64,000 nt of DNA from an uncultured Alistipes sp. (GCA_964509345.1 CAZDWY010000009.1:3119-67118); one strand, 5' to 3'. Positions 36,938 to 47,309 are shown, numbered from the stretch's first letter. Program-made: numbers and translations. The notes: a model not told the origin generated them from the letters alone.

Positions 36938-37654
36938 ATGAATATATTGAAATTGATTGTTGCGGGATGCGCAATGTGTGTATGTAGCGATGCTGTTGCT
37001 GATACGAGCTACATGTTTGACAATCCTGAAAACCGAACTTATTTTGGTGCGAGAGTTGGGGTGGATATAACGACTGCCGCCAATGGAGGAGGCAATTATA
37101 GCAGTAATACGGGATTTTCAGCAGGAGCAATATACAATATTCCGCTTTACAAGAATCTTTATTTTGAGCCAGGTCTATCATTTTTCTACAATACCTTCGG
37201 CACGAGCAAGTGGAATTCTTTCGTCCCTGAAAGTAGTATTAATCCTGAAACGGGAGAAGGTATAGATGTGTATTATCAGGTAAACGGCTCGATGCGAAAT
37301 TTCGGTTTTCGTGTACCACTCCTTATTGGATATCACTTCGATTTTTCAGATAATGTGAAAGTTGGAGTATTTACAGGACCACAGGTAAATATGAATTTAT
37401 ACGCAAAGTATTTCGTTAGTGAGTTACTCGGGAATGATAAGGACGCTCTGGATCACGATTGTTCGCTTTTCGGTACTGAGGGATTCAAACATTTGGATTT
37501 TCAGTGGAATTTAGGTATCGGCGTAACATATGAGAAATATTACGCCTCAATAAACGGTGCTTGGGGGCTTTCAACGATGAAAAGTTCTACTCTTATGTTG
37601 CCTCGTGATCTTCACCGGAATCTCTTTACAATAACTTTGGGTTATAATTTTTGA
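36938..37654 (+). CDS. Small outer-membrane beta-barrel (porin-family/OMP_b-brl-like) protein
   Basis: Signal peptide MNILKLIVAGCAMCVCSDAVA, an alternating strand pattern and the C-terminus ...FTITLGYNF. Confidence 0.6.
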   Translation: MNILKLIVAGCAMCVCSDAVADTSYMFDNPENRTYFGARVGVDITTAANGGGNYSSNTGFSAGAIYNIPLYKNLYFEPGLSFFYNTFGTSKWNSFVPESSINPETGEGIDVYYQVNGSMRNFGFRVPLLIGYHFDFSDNVKVGVFTGPQVNMNLYAKYFVSELLGNDKDALDHDCSLFGTEGFKHLDFQWNLGIGVTYEKYYASINGAWGLSTMKSSTLMLPRDLHRNLFTITLGYNF

Positions 37655-37655
37655 A

Positions 37656-38396
37656 TCAGAGACGTCCATTATCGCAATAGGAAAAATAGCCTGTCGGACC
37701 GATAATAAGATGGTCCTGTACTTTTACATCAATAATTTTACATATATCAATAATTCGTCGGGTAAGGGCATCGTCCTGTCCCGACGGTTTCATATTTCCC
37801 GATGGATGGTTGTGAACCAATATAATTCCTGATGACAGATTGTCAATGGCACTTTTGGCGATGAGTTTAATGTCTACAGCTGTACCAGCAATTCCTCCTT
37901 TACTAATAAGTTCTTTGGTTATGACCATATTGGCACGATTCAGATGAATTATCCAGAATTCCTCGTAGTTGAGCCGTTCAAGCATAGGGCGCATATAATT
38001 GTAAACCTTAGTACTGCTGACCATTTGCTCGTCAATCACAGATAAACTTTTTTGCACACGTGCTCCAAATGTCATGGCGGCAGCTAATAGAGTTGCTTTA
38101 GCGGTGCCGACACCTTTATATTTTTTTTTAAGTTCCGCGATCGACATTCGTGAAAGCCTACTGAGTTTATTATCGTTGTCCTGTAATATTTCGCGTGAAA
38201 GGTCAAGCACCGATTTTCCAGACATACCGGATCCCAGTAAGAGGGCAAGCAATTCCACATCAGTAAGCGATTCAAGACCGAGTCTGCCAGCTTTTTCACG
38301 TGGTTTTTCATCATTGTTAAGATCGCGTATAAGTAAAGTAGTCTGTCCAGGTGGTAATACCTGGTTATTATCTTGATAATAATCTGAAGCGTTCAT
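37656..38396 (-). CDS. radC: RadC-family JAB/MPN domain protein
   Basis: N-terminal HhH region (LGLESLTDVELLALLLGSG) and the JAMM motif LVHNHPSGNMKPSGQD. Confidence 0.85.
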   Translation of the reverse strand: MNASDYYQDNNQVLPPGQTTLLIRDLNNDEKPREKAGRLGLESLTDVELLALLLGSGMSGKSVLDLSREILQDNDNKLSRLSRMSIAELKKKYKGVGTAKATLLAAAMTFGARVQKSLSVIDEQMVSSTKVYNYMRPMLERLNYEEFWIIHLNRANMVITKELISKGGIAGTAVDIKLIAKSAIDNLSSGIILVHNHPSGNMKPSGQDDALTRRIIDICKIIDVKVQDHLIIGPTGYFSYCDNGRL

Positions 38397-38452
38397 AATT
38401 ATGATGATGTGACATTATAATGGATAACAATGGTTTTTTGAAGCGAACAAGT

Positions 38453-39451
38453 CTATTTACCCTTACGCAATCTTATTTCTTCCTGCTCGTCACGACCTCG
38501 ACCAAGTAATATTTTTTCTACGAAAGCCTTTATGAAGCCGCATCCGTAGCCTGTCAGTTGTATCAGAGATGCCGGAATCGCTAATATAGCTATTTTGAAT
38601 GATCCTGTGGATACAAACGCACTGATAAATAAAGCTATTATATATATACTAAGTGGAAGAAGCCACCACGGACTAAGAAAAATTCCGAGAATTATCAGTG
38701 TCATAACTCCTATAACAAAGAGTGAAGGTAACCAATGAACAACTTTTAGGCTATCAGGATATAAAAGTTTGAGTGTTATGCGTGACATTCCGAAAACATA
38801 TACTTGCCTAAGAAATTTTCGAAAATCGGTACGCCGCTTATGGTATACGTAGAGACCTGGATATAGTCCAATCGAGAAACCGGCCAACCGTATCCGTGTA
38901 CTCATATCGATATCTTCTGAAAACATCTCACGGAAACCTCCTACGCGGTTGTATACCTCCCGTGAGAATCCCATGTTGAATGTACGGGGAACAAATTTTT
39001 CAAGTCTTATCTTACCTCCACGTATACCTCCGGTAGTTAAAAATGAGGTCATGGAATGGTTAATGGCTTTCTGAGTATCAGTAAAAGATTTGTCAGCAGC
39101 ATCTGGTCCGCCAAAGCAGTCGAATCTATGTTGTCCCAATTCATGATTTAATTTTTCAAAATAGTCGTTGGGGATAACACAATCAGAATCAAAAAATATA
39201 AAATATGTTCCCGAAGCCTTACTCATTCCATAATTTCGCGCAATAGATCTTCCTTCGTTTGATTTGAAATAATAGTTGACATCAAGGATATTGGAATAAT
39301 GCTGTATGATATTTTCACATCTGTCTGGCGATCCATCTTCTACAATTATGACTTCAAAATTTGAAGCTGTTTGATATGATAAACTGTCTAATAGATCGCG
39401 AATCTCATCAGTACGGTTGTATACTGGTATTATGACAGAGAAATTTTCCAT
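38453..39451 (-). CDS. Glycosyltransferase family 2 with C-terminal TM helices
   Basis: FSVIIPVYNRTDEIRDLLDSL...FFDSDC is a GT-A DxD-type motif. The C-terminal third is hydrophobic. Confidence 0.8.
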   Translation of the reverse strand: MENFSVIIPVYNRTDEIRDLLDSLSYQTASNFEVIIVEDGSPDRCENIIQHYSNILDVNYYFKSNEGRSIARNYGMSKASGTYFIFFDSDCVIPNDYFEKLNHELGQHRFDCFGGPDAADKSFTDTQKAINHSMTSFLTTGGIRGGKIRLEKFVPRTFNMGFSREVYNRVGGFREMFSEDIDMSTRIRLAGFSIGLYPGLYVYHKRRTDFRKFLRQVYVFGMSRITLKLLYPDSLKVVHWLPSLFVIGVMTLIILGIFLSPWWLLPLSIYIIALFISAFVSTGSFKIAILAIPASLIQLTGYGCGFIKAFVEKILLGRGRDEQEEIRLRKGK

Positions 39452-39495
39452 GTGATCCTTGGCGTTTGGGAATATCTATGTTTTATATAATTCAT

Positions 39496-40656
39496 TCAGG
39501 ACATTCTGTGTTTGTAATCCTGATAGTCGAAACTACGAAGAACGTATTCCTTTCCTTTAGAGTTTACGAAAGTGATTGCCGGATGTTGAATGCCGTTGAA
39601 CATGTTAGTCTTCACGGTTGTGTAGTGATTCATATCCTCAAATGTAAGTCGATCACCTGGCTTAAGAGGAGATTTAAAATGCCAATCTCCCATATAATCA
39701 CCACTAAGACAGGAATTACCGCCAAAACGATATACATATGTACTTCCTGGAGGTAAAGCGTTAATCTCATTGTCAGTTAAGGCTTCTGATACTGTGGGCT
39801 TGTATGGCATTTCAAGACAATCTGGCATATGACATGCGAATGATACATCGAGGATTGCTGTTTTTATACCATCGTTTTCCACTATATCAACAACAGATGC
39901 GTGGAGATCGCCACTCCGCCATGTAAATGCGCTCCCTGGTTCCAGAATCACTTCTATATGGGGATGCCGCATCTTAAATGTCCGGATAAGATTGATAAGT
40001 AAATCAATATCATAACCTTCTCGTGTCATAAGATGACCACCACCCATATTTACCCATTTAATAAATGGGAGCAGATGACCGAATTGCTGTTCAAAAGCCT
40101 CGAGAACTTTTTTTAAATCAGCACTGGATGATTCGCATAAGGCATGAAAATGGAGACCTTCCAACCCTTCCGGGAGTCCATCTGCGAGCTGGTGTGCATC
40201 AACTCCGAATCGGCTTCCAGGCAACGCCGGATTGTATATGTCAGTTTCTACCACCGAGCATCTGGGGTTTACTCTCAGACCTGGAGATACCAGGCGATCA
40301 GCATGTTCGGAATTATATTTGTAAACTTCGTCTTTAAATTGTTGCCATTGGCTGATGGAATTGAATGTAATATGTGAACTACCACTAAGATATTGCTTAA
40401 TAGTAGTCGGTGTGTAAGCCGGACAGTAAGTGTGTACACGTGTGTTCAGTTCTTCCAAACCGAGTTGAAGCTCATTTAGTGATGAAGCAGTACATTGGAT
40501 CCCATACTCCCGGAATATGGGGAATGTCCGCCATAAAGCGTTAGCCTTGAAAGCCATTATGATTTTAGCTCCGGATTTACGGCTGACCTCAGTAATGAGA
40601 TTGAGATTTGAGCGTAGACGATCCTCGTATACGACATAGCAGGGAGTTTCTGTCAC
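39496..40656 (-). CDS. nspC: Carboxynorspermidine decarboxylase
   Basis: 386-aa PLP-dependent decarboxylase fold (TPCYVVYEDRLRSNL..., GGGH, NMFNG). The length and termini are typical of NspC. Confidence 0.8.
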   Translation of the reverse strand: MTETPCYVVYEDRLRSNLNLITEVSRKSGAKIIMAFKANALWRTFPIFREYGIQCTASSLNELQLGLEELNTRVHTYCPAYTPTTIKQYLSGSSHITFNSISQWQQFKDEVYKYNSEHADRLVSPGLRVNPRCSVVETDIYNPALPGSRFGVDAHQLADGLPEGLEGLHFHALCESSSADLKKVLEAFEQQFGHLLPFIKWVNMGGGHLMTREGYDIDLLINLIRTFKMRHPHIEVILEPGSAFTWRSGDLHASVVDIVENDGIKTAILDVSFACHMPDCLEMPYKPTVSEALTDNEINALPPGSTYVYRFGGNSCLSGDYMGDWHFKSPLKPGDRLTFEDMNHYTTVKTNMFNGIQHPAITFVNSKGKEYVLRSFDYQDYKHRMS

Positions 40657-40701
40657 AGTTATATTGTTTTAAAATTTATTATTTTATATATGTGCGAGAA
40701 A

Positions 40702-43074
40702 TCAGTCGGAGATTTTGAAGCGGGCATATTTAAGCATCAGAGTTCTTTGTGCGACATTCGGAAAGAGTACTGTGATTTTTTCGCCAGTAGGATCTGAGAT
40801 CAGCCTCACTATTTTACCCGCTCCGAATCGCTCATGGATTATTTTCATCCCTTCAGACAGTTCATTGAGTGTGTGAAGTCCGAAACCGGATCCATCAGGT
40901 TTCACCGCAGAAGATGTCGGATGGAGGGATGTGGAGATCGGATTGCTTATCGCTTTTTCGTTCCAACGTCGTGACGCTCCTGAGGGAACAGGTGCCGATT
41001 GTGGCAGGGGAGCAATGATTGATGACATTGTGGTGGAGCTGTGAAAGGAAGAGCGATAATTTTCAATAGGATTAATAGCGGCATAACTAGTTCCGATCTC
41101 TGTCCCCTGTATCATTTTGAGATATTTTGGATCCAAATCGTGAAGGAATCGTGAAGGCTGAGAAAGCTTCGTCTGCCCGTTGCGGAAACGCGAGGAGGCG
41201 TATGAAATCATGCAGAATTTTCGGGCGCGTGTTATAGCGACATATAGTAACCTGCGTTCCTCCTCTATTTCGCTGAGTGATGATGAAGCCATAGCTGACG
41301 GAAACAATTCCTCTTCTACACCAACAATAATAACATTATTAAATTCAAGACCTTTTGCGGCATGGACGGTCATTAATGTAACACGTTGTTCTGATGTATC
41401 TTTTTCGTCCTGATCAGTAGCAAGTGAGACTTCCGCAAGGAAGTGTACCATACCGGTACGATCAGTTTCACCGGCTTCGTTGTGCTCATCGACGAAATCC
41501 TTTACATTTGTAAGAATCTCCTGTAAGTTTTCCTGTTTGGAGATACTTTCCGGCGTATTGTCAGTAATTAGTGACGAGAGTAGTCGGGTTTTGCTAATAA
41601 TCGTTGTTGCGAGTTCATATGCGTCTGTTCCAGAATTATTTGAAACAATAAAACTTCCAATTAACTCTCTAAATCCGGTAATTTTTTTTAATGTACCACT
41701 ATTTACCGGTAGATGGAATTTATCCGGTTCACATATGACTTGCCACATACTTACATTGTTTTCAATGGCAGCATGTGCGATCTTGTTTATTGTTGTATCA
41801 CCGATTCCGCGTGCTGGGTAATTTATTATCCTTCTTAGAGCTTCATCATCGCTGGGATTTGTTGCCAGTCTAAAATAAGCGATGGCATCTTTTACCTCTT
41901 TGCGTTGATAGAAACTCAATCCACCGTAAATACGATAAGATATATTTCTTTTTCTGAGAGACTCTTCAAGTCTTCGGCTTTGGGCATTTGTTCGGTAAAG
42001 CACAGCAAATTCATTGAGACTATCGTGGGTAGAACGATGGAGCTGGGAAATACGGTTCGCTACGATATATGCTTCCTCAAAATCCGTAGAGCTATTTATA
42101 ATTTCAATTTTCCCTCCCGTTTCGTTTTCAGAAAAAATTTCTTTTTTTATCTGTTCTCGGTTCTTTGCTATTAACGAATTGGCAGCATTGACTATATTAC
42201 GGGTGGAGCGGTAGTTCTGTTCGAGCTTGAAAATTCGTAGATTTGGATATGCATTCTTTAGATTTAGAATATTCTTTATATTCGCCCCCCTGAAAGAATA
42301 GATGCTCTGAGCATCATCTCCGACCATTGTGAGGTTATTACTGTCGCGACATAATTCGGTGATAATGCAATGTTGGGCGAAATTTGTATCCTGATACTCA
42401 TCTACAAGTATAAATCTGAAAAATTCCTGAAGATGATGACACACATCCGGATTATCACGTAGAAGTATGTTGGTATAGTATAACAGGTCGTCGAAGTCCA
42501 TTGCTCCCGATACTTTACATCTGTTACTATATATCCGGTATATTTCACCAGTCATGGGACGTTTGGCTCGGCGATCAGCTTCAGTTATATCGGTGTCTGT
42601 CATATAGCGTGCCGGACTTATTAGTGAATTTTTGGCTGCTGAGATCACACTTTGAACTACAGATGGTTTATAAATCTTGTCGTCAAGCTGGAAATCATGT
42701 ATAACCTGTTTTATCAGATTCTTAGAGTCTGATGTATCATAAATAGTGAAGGATGGCTTGAAACCGATGCGGTCGGCATATGTCCTTAATATACGAGCAA
42801 AAATACTATGAAATGTACCCATCCACAGTCGTTTTGCTGTAGATTCACCGACAAGATCCTCTATTCGTTCACGCATCTCGCGGGCAGCTTTATTAGTAAA
42901 GGTAAGAGCCATGATTCTGTATGGCTCAAAACCATGTGCAAGAAGATGCACTATTTTGTATGTAAGTACGCGGGTTTTTCCAGACCCGGCACCTGCTATA
43001 ACGAGCTGTGGTCCGTCAAGATATGTAACCGCCTCTTTTTGCTGGTCGTTGAGTAGCGACAGGTAATTCTGCAT
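40702..43074 (-). CDS. uvrD: UvrD/PcrA-type ATP-dependent DNA helicase
   Basis: Walker A AGAGSGKTRVLTYK, motif II DEYQDTN and motifs V/VI (TVHAAKGLEF, LLYVAITRAR). A C-terminal Tudor-like tail (GMKIIHERFGAGKIV) is present. Confidence 0.9.
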   Translation of the reverse strand: MQNYLSLLNDQQKEAVTYLDGPQLVIAGAGSGKTRVLTYKIVHLLAHGFEPYRIMALTFTNKAAREMRERIEDLVGESTAKRLWMGTFHSIFARILRTYADRIGFKPSFTIYDTSDSKNLIKQVIHDFQLDDKIYKPSVVQSVISAAKNSLISPARYMTDTDITEADRRAKRPMTGEIYRIYSNRCKVSGAMDFDDLLYYTNILLRDNPDVCHHLQEFFRFILVDEYQDTNFAQHCIITELCRDSNNLTMVGDDAQSIYSFRGANIKNILNLKNAYPNLRIFKLEQNYRSTRNIVNAANSLIAKNREQIKKEIFSENETGGKIEIINSSTDFEEAYIVANRISQLHRSTHDSLNEFAVLYRTNAQSRRLEESLRKRNISYRIYGGLSFYQRKEVKDAIAYFRLATNPSDDEALRRIINYPARGIGDTTINKIAHAAIENNVSMWQVICEPDKFHLPVNSGTLKKITGFRELIGSFIVSNNSGTDAYELATTIISKTRLLSSLITDNTPESISKQENLQEILTNVKDFVDEHNEAGETDRTGMVHFLAEVSLATDQDEKDTSEQRVTLMTVHAAKGLEFNNVIIVGVEEELFPSAMASSSLSEIEEERRLLYVAITRARKFCMISYASSRFRNGQTKLSQPSRFLHDLDPKYLKMIQGTEIGTSYAAINPIENYRSSFHSSTTMSSIIAPLPQSAPVPSGASRRWNEKAISNPISTSLHPTSSAVKPDGSGFGLHTLNELSEGMKIIHERFGAGKIVRLISDPTGEKITVLFPNVAQRTLMLKYARFKISD

Positions 43075-43092
43075 TTTTGCTCAGGTGTTTTT

Positions 43093-43278
43093 TTACACGA
43101 ATTTGTTCAGCGCCGGATCATAGACATATCCAATCGAAGCAAGCCGTGTCTGAATCTCAGATACATTAACATTCATATCATCACATAATTTCTGAAGCGA
43201 AGGATAATAATCACGTAACTTAGTATTTATTAGGCTTAAAAGTATTACGGGATCTTGTGGTAAATTATCAAATGTCAT
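43093..43278 (-). CDS. Small DUF4250-like protein
   Basis: MTFDNLPQDPVILLSLINTKLRDYYPSLQKLCDDMNV... resembles DUF4250 from memory. The tracked ORF extends to 43329. Confidence 0.55.
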   Translation of the reverse strand: MTFDNLPQDPVILLSLINTKLRDYYPSLQKLCDDMNVNVSEIQTRLASIGYVYDPALNKFV

Positions 43279-43384
43279 AAATAGTTTATGTTGATATTTA
43301 ATAAAATAGAATATTTGTTCAGCTGACACTGACTGTGTCTCTTGTCGGTTTCATAAGATAATGTTCAACTGATATAATAAAGCG

Positions 43385-43392
43385 CAAATTTA
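43385..43392 (-). promoter_or_regulatory. -7 box TAAATTTG (minus strand)
   Basis: TAnnTTTG match upstream of the DUF4250/uvrD gene run. Confidence 0.4.
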
Positions 43393-43414
43393 GCCATAAT
43401 TCGGGAAAGATGCG

Positions 43415-43422
43415 TAACTTTG
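43415..43422 (+). promoter_or_regulatory. -7 box TAACTTTG
   Basis: TAnnTTTG match 63 nt upstream of the polyprenyl synthase ATG. It is divergent from the box at 43385-43392. Confidence 0.45.
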
Positions 43423-43484
43423 CAGTAAATAAGTTCGTACTTGTGGTAGCACAATGACTGTTAAACAAGCATTATCTTAAATAT

Positions 43485-44444
43485 ATGCATTCTCCAGAAT
43501 ATTATTCCGACTTAATTGAAAACGCAATATCAGCAATCAAATATCCCGCTTATCCTGATGGGTTGTATTCTCCTGTAAGATATACTCTTGAAGGAGGTGG
43601 GAAGAGAATACGTCCGATGCTTTTGATGGCTACAGCTGATGCTTTTGGATGTAATCCAGAGAAAGTGGTCAGTCAGGCAGTGGGACTCGAAATGTTTCAT
43701 AACTTCACTTTATTACATGACGACGTCATGGATAAAGCTGTTGTCAGACGTGGTCGCCCTACTGTACATAAGAGATGGAATGAATGTACAGCAATTTTAT
43801 CAGGTGATGCAATGTTGACGATGGCGACTCAGCTGATAGCAGATTGCTCTCCGGAGGTTCTTCCAATTATTCTCAAGCTGTTTAATAAAACCGCAATGGA
43901 GATATATGAGGGACAGCAGTATGATATGGATTTTGAGAATTCAAATGGCGTAGCGGTAGAGGAATATTTGGAGATGATTCGGTTGAAAACCTCTGTCCTT
44001 CTTGCCTGCGGATGTAAGATGGGTGCTATATTAGCTGGCGCATCTGTAAAGTCACAGGATTCGATGTATAGATATGGCGAACTTTTGGGTCTGGCATTTC
44101 AGCTTCAAGATGATTATCTCGACACTTATGGTGATCCGGCTCTCTTTGGTAAAGAAATTGGAGGGGATATAATAAACGAGAAAAAGACATGGCTCTGGAT
44201 TATGGCTATGACAGAGTGTAAAAATAAGATGGAGAATGTGATAGACCGGAAGCTGACTGACTATCTCAAGGTAAAAGAAATCAAGGATATATATGATAGT
44301 CTTGGATTGGATGAACGTTCACATGAATTGATAGATCTATATGCATCAATGGCTATTAAAGCTTTAGAGGATGCGAATCTTACCGAGGAAGGTATGGCTT
44401 TTTTTACGAATCTTGCAGCTAAATTATCAAGTCGGACTAATTAA
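43485..44444 (+). CDS. Polyprenyl diphosphate synthase (FPP/GGPP/long-chain; product length unknown)
   Basis: First Asp-rich motif LLHDDVMD and second Asp-rich motif QLQDDYLD. Confidence 0.9.
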   Translation: MHSPEYYSDLIENAISAIKYPAYPDGLYSPVRYTLEGGGKRIRPMLLMATADAFGCNPEKVVSQAVGLEMFHNFTLLHDDVMDKAVVRRGRPTVHKRWNECTAILSGDAMLTMATQLIADCSPEVLPIILKLFNKTAMEIYEGQQYDMDFENSNGVAVEEYLEMIRLKTSVLLACGCKMGAILAGASVKSQDSMYRYGELLGLAFQLQDDYLDTYGDPALFGKEIGGDIINEKKTWLWIMAMTECKNKMENVIDRKLTDYLKVKEIKDIYDSLGLDERSHELIDLYASMAIKALEDANLTEEGMAFFTNLAAKLSSRTN

Positions 44445-44445
44445 T

Positions 44446-45219
44446 ATGGCATTCATAGATACTCATACACATCTTAATGATGAGGTATATTCCAACGGGG
44501 GGGCGGATATGGTACGTAAGGCGGTAGAAGCTGGAGTAGAAATTATGATTTTGCCAGGGACCTCTCTGTGTGAAATAGAGACAATGAAGACACTTGCTGC
44601 TAGATTTCCTGACAGAATCAGGCTTTTTGCAGGATTGCATCCCACTGAATTAACTTCAGATGTCGATGCGGCCTTAGAGATCATTCGGAATGAGCTTGAT
44701 AATAAGAAATATCCTTATGTTGGAGTAGGAGAAATCGGTATAGACCTGCATGAAGGCGATGTGGATGTTGAGAAACAGATGTATGCCTTCGATATGCAGT
44801 GCCGCGTGGCATTGGAAAGAGGTCTGCCCATCAATATTCATTGTCGTGATGGGCTTGAACAAACGCTTGAAGTACTTAGAGGACTGCCGGAAATTCCTCG
44901 TGGTGCCTTCCATTGCTTCGGGGGGAGCCCACAGGATGTGGCGCGTATTCGTGAAGTGGGGGATTTTTATTTCGGTATAAATGGGATAGTCACATTTAAA
45001 AATTCCGGACTGCGTGACACCTTACCATCTATAGGACTTGATAGAATAATTCTTGAAACAGACTCCCCATATTTAGCGCCTGTGCCATTCAGAGGTAAAT
45101 TGAATGACAGTAGCTATATTCCCTTGATAGCTCAATGTATCGCCCAAACTTTAGGTGTTCCATTAGAGACAGTTGCAGAAATAACTACTGCCTCTGCCAG
45201 AAGTCTATACGCTATATAG
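44446..45219 (+). CDS. tatD: TatD family metal-dependent hydrolase
   Basis: The ATG at 44446 gives MAFIDTHTHLNDE, the HxH motif. The gene abuts the upstream stop codon. Confidence 0.9.
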   Translation: MAFIDTHTHLNDEVYSNGGADMVRKAVEAGVEIMILPGTSLCEIETMKTLAARFPDRIRLFAGLHPTELTSDVDAALEIIRNELDNKKYPYVGVGEIGIDLHEGDVDVEKQMYAFDMQCRVALERGLPINIHCRDGLEQTLEVLRGLPEIPRGAFHCFGGSPQDVARIREVGDFYFGINGIVTFKNSGLRDTLPSIGLDRIILETDSPYLAPVPFRGKLNDSSYIPLIAQCIAQTLGVPLETVAEITTASARSLYAI

Positions 45220-45380
45220 CGTTGTTAACAATTATTCACATTCGTAGCTCATGGTTTTATTAAAAACAATGCCGTATATAATCTTTATTGCAATGTACGA
45301 GGGAAAGTTGACTGTGAATATGTGCTTTTATCAGAAAGGGTAATTAAATATATTTCACATATAAAGTCGTTCAAATTATG

Positions 45381-45388
45381 TAACTTTG
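45381..45388 (+). promoter_or_regulatory. -7 box TAACTTTG
   Basis: TAnnTTTG match 108 nt upstream of the pfp ATG, followed by the short hairpin gtcttat...ataagac. Confidence 0.45.
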
Positions 45389-45495
45389 TAGTGTGTCTTA
45401 TTGGAATATGCTTTCTGATAAGACATGTGTAAAAACCTCTTTATCTCCAGAAATTAAAGATTATATTATTATCTCTTTATAAAACTTTAAAATCT

Positions 45496-47145
45496 ATGAA
45501 GAAGAGTGCCTTGCAGAAAGCTCGTGCGGCGTATCAGCCTAAATTACCTATTGTTCTTTCAGGTGCAGTACGTGCAGTTGAAGGACACGCTACTAACTCA
45601 GTAGCAGATCAGGAAGATATCAAGAATCTTTTCCCTAACACTTATGGTCTACCAGAACTGAAGTTTGAGAAGAACTCTGCTCCCACCCCCTCCAAGCCTA
45701 TCAATGTAGGAGTGATTCTTTCTGGTGGACAGGCTCCAGGTGGACATAATGTTATCTGTGGTCTTTTTGATGGAATCAAAAAGATTCATCGTGACAGTAA
45801 ACTCTATGGATTCCTTATGGGGCCCGGTGGTTTTGTTGATCATAAATATATTGAACTTACCACGGAATTCATCAGTGATTATCGTAATACCGGTGGCTTT
45901 GATATCATCGGCTCCGGGCGTACTAAGCTTGAAACTAAAGAGCAGTTTGATAAGGGACTTGAAATTCTCAAGGAACTGGATATTCAGGCTTTAGTGATAA
46001 TCGGTGGTGACGATTCCAATACTAATGCAGCTGTGCTTGCCGAATACTATAAGAGTATAGGTGCAGGTGTCCAAGTAATTGGGTGTCCAAAGACTATTGA
46101 TGGTGACTTAAAGAATGATGTTATTGAAACTTCCTTCGGTTTCGATACCGCGACAAAAGTTTATTCGGAAGTTATCGGAAATATCCAGCGCGATTGCAAT
46201 TCGGCGAAGAAGTATTATCATTTTATTAAGTTGATGGGGCGCTCAGCAAGCCATATTGCTCTCGAATGTGCGCTTCAGTGTCAACCGAATGTGTGCATCA
46301 TCTCTGAAGAGGTTGAACACAAGGATATGACTCTTGATCAGGTTGTCGACTATATTGCCGGCATAGTTGCAGAACGAGCACGGCTTGGGATGAACTTTGG
46401 TACAGTACTTATTCCCGAAGGTCTTATTGAATTCATTCCTGCGATGAAACGCCTTATAGCCGAACTAAATGATCTTCTTGCTAAGAATGCTGAAGAGTTT
46501 GCAGCAGTCGCTGCAACCGAACAGCGCTCTTATATCATCGGCCATCTGTCGGCTGAAAATGCAGCTGTCTATGCATCGCTTCCTGAAGGTGTTGCCCGTC
46601 AGCTCAGCCTTGATCGTGATCCCCACGGTAACGTACAGGTGTCGCTTATTGAAACAGAGAAACTTCTGTCGGAAATGGTTGCAAAGCGCCTTGAAGTGAT
46701 GCGTAAAGAGGGTAATTATAATGGGAAGTTCTCACCTCTTCACCATTTCTTCGGCTATGAAGGTCGTTGTGCCGATCCCTCTAATTTTGATGCTGATTAT
46801 TGCTATGCACTTGGCTATAACGCAGCCTGTCTTATCCGCTGTGGCGTTACTGGCTACATGTCGTCGGTGCGCAATCTTACCAAACCGGCCGTCCAGTGGG
46901 TAGCCGGTGGTATCCCCATTACCATGATGATGAATATGGAGCGTCGCCATGGTCAGATGAAGCCAGTTATTCAGAAAGCACTTGTTAAGCTTGATGGAGC
47001 GCCTTTCCTCAAATTCGCGTCTATGCGTGATGATTGGGCGTTCAATACATGTTATATCTATCCGGGTCCGATTCAGTATTTTGGTCCGTCGGAAGTGTGC
47101 GATCAGCCTACTCTGACACTTAAATACGAACATCAGGGTAAATAA
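45496..47145 (+). CDS. pfp: Diphosphate--fructose-6-phosphate 1-phosphotransferase (PPi-PFK)
   Basis: 549 aa with [31 protein letters not shown] and [13 protein letters not shown], typical of long-form PPi-dependent PFK. Confidence 0.9.
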   Translation: MKKSALQKARAAYQPKLPIVLSGAVRAVEGHATNSVADQEDIKNLFPNTYGLPELKFEKNSAPTPSKPINVGVILSGGQAPGGHNVICGLFDGIKKIHRDSKLYGFLMGPGGFVDHKYIELTTEFISDYRNTGGFDIIGSGRTKLETKEQFDKGLEILKELDIQALVIIGGDDSNTNAAVLAEYYKSIGAGVQVIGCPKTIDGDLKNDVIETSFGFDTATKVYSEVIGNIQRDCNSAKKYYHFIKLMGRSASHIALECALQCQPNVCIISEEVEHKDMTLDQVVDYIAGIVAERARLGMNFGTVLIPEGLIEFIPAMKRLIAELNDLLAKNAEEFAAVAATEQRSYIIGHLSAENAAVYASLPEGVARQLSLDRDPHGNVQVSLIETEKLLSEMVAKRLEVMRKEGNYNGKFSPLHHFFGYEGRCADPSNFDADYCYALGYNAACLIRCGVTGYMSSVRNLTKPAVQWVAGGIPITMMMNMERRHGQMKPVIQKALVKLDGAPFLKFASMRDDWAFNTCYIYPGPIQYFGPSEVCDQPTLTLKYEHQGK

Positions 47146-47150
47146 TTAAT

Positions 47151-47171
47151 ATGTCAGCATTAGTCTGACAT
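47151..47171 (+). terminator. Short hairpin after pfp
   Basis: atgtcag (47151-47157) pairs with ctgacat (47165-47171). There is no clear T-run, so this is weak. Confidence 0.25.
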
Positions 47172-47309
47172 AACACTGCAAGGGTGTCCGCGTATCTGGT
47201 AAAAAAGATTAATCGTATTTCTGTAGATAGACGCTTATCTTTTTTATGCTATCAGCGGATGCCCTTGTAGCGCTTTAGATAAGTTCATCATATAATAATT
47301 TTCAAAAAC

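Noticed and set aside
37656-38396. RadC/JAB protein as a marker of an integrated mobile element or anti-restriction island.
   Set aside because: There is no integrase, transfer, toxin or restriction gene nearby. It has the full-length chromosomal RadC architecture (HhH + JAMM) and is flanked by core genes.
40702-43329. The UvrD-family helicase plus an adjacent small DUF protein as a possible helicase-based anti-phage defence pair.
   Set aside because: The helicase has the complete housekeeping PcrA/UvrD motif set and a C-terminal Tudor-like tail. There is no nuclease, ATPase partner or mobile-element context, and the neighbours are core metabolic genes.
46732-47133. A 133-aa ORF antisense to pfp. 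There are similar antisense ORFs inside the permease genes (12810-13229, 13873-14187), the receptor gene (24850-25281) and nspC (39466-39756).
   Set aside because: All lie wholly within strongly supported genes, lack motifs and have compositions typical of antisense frames.
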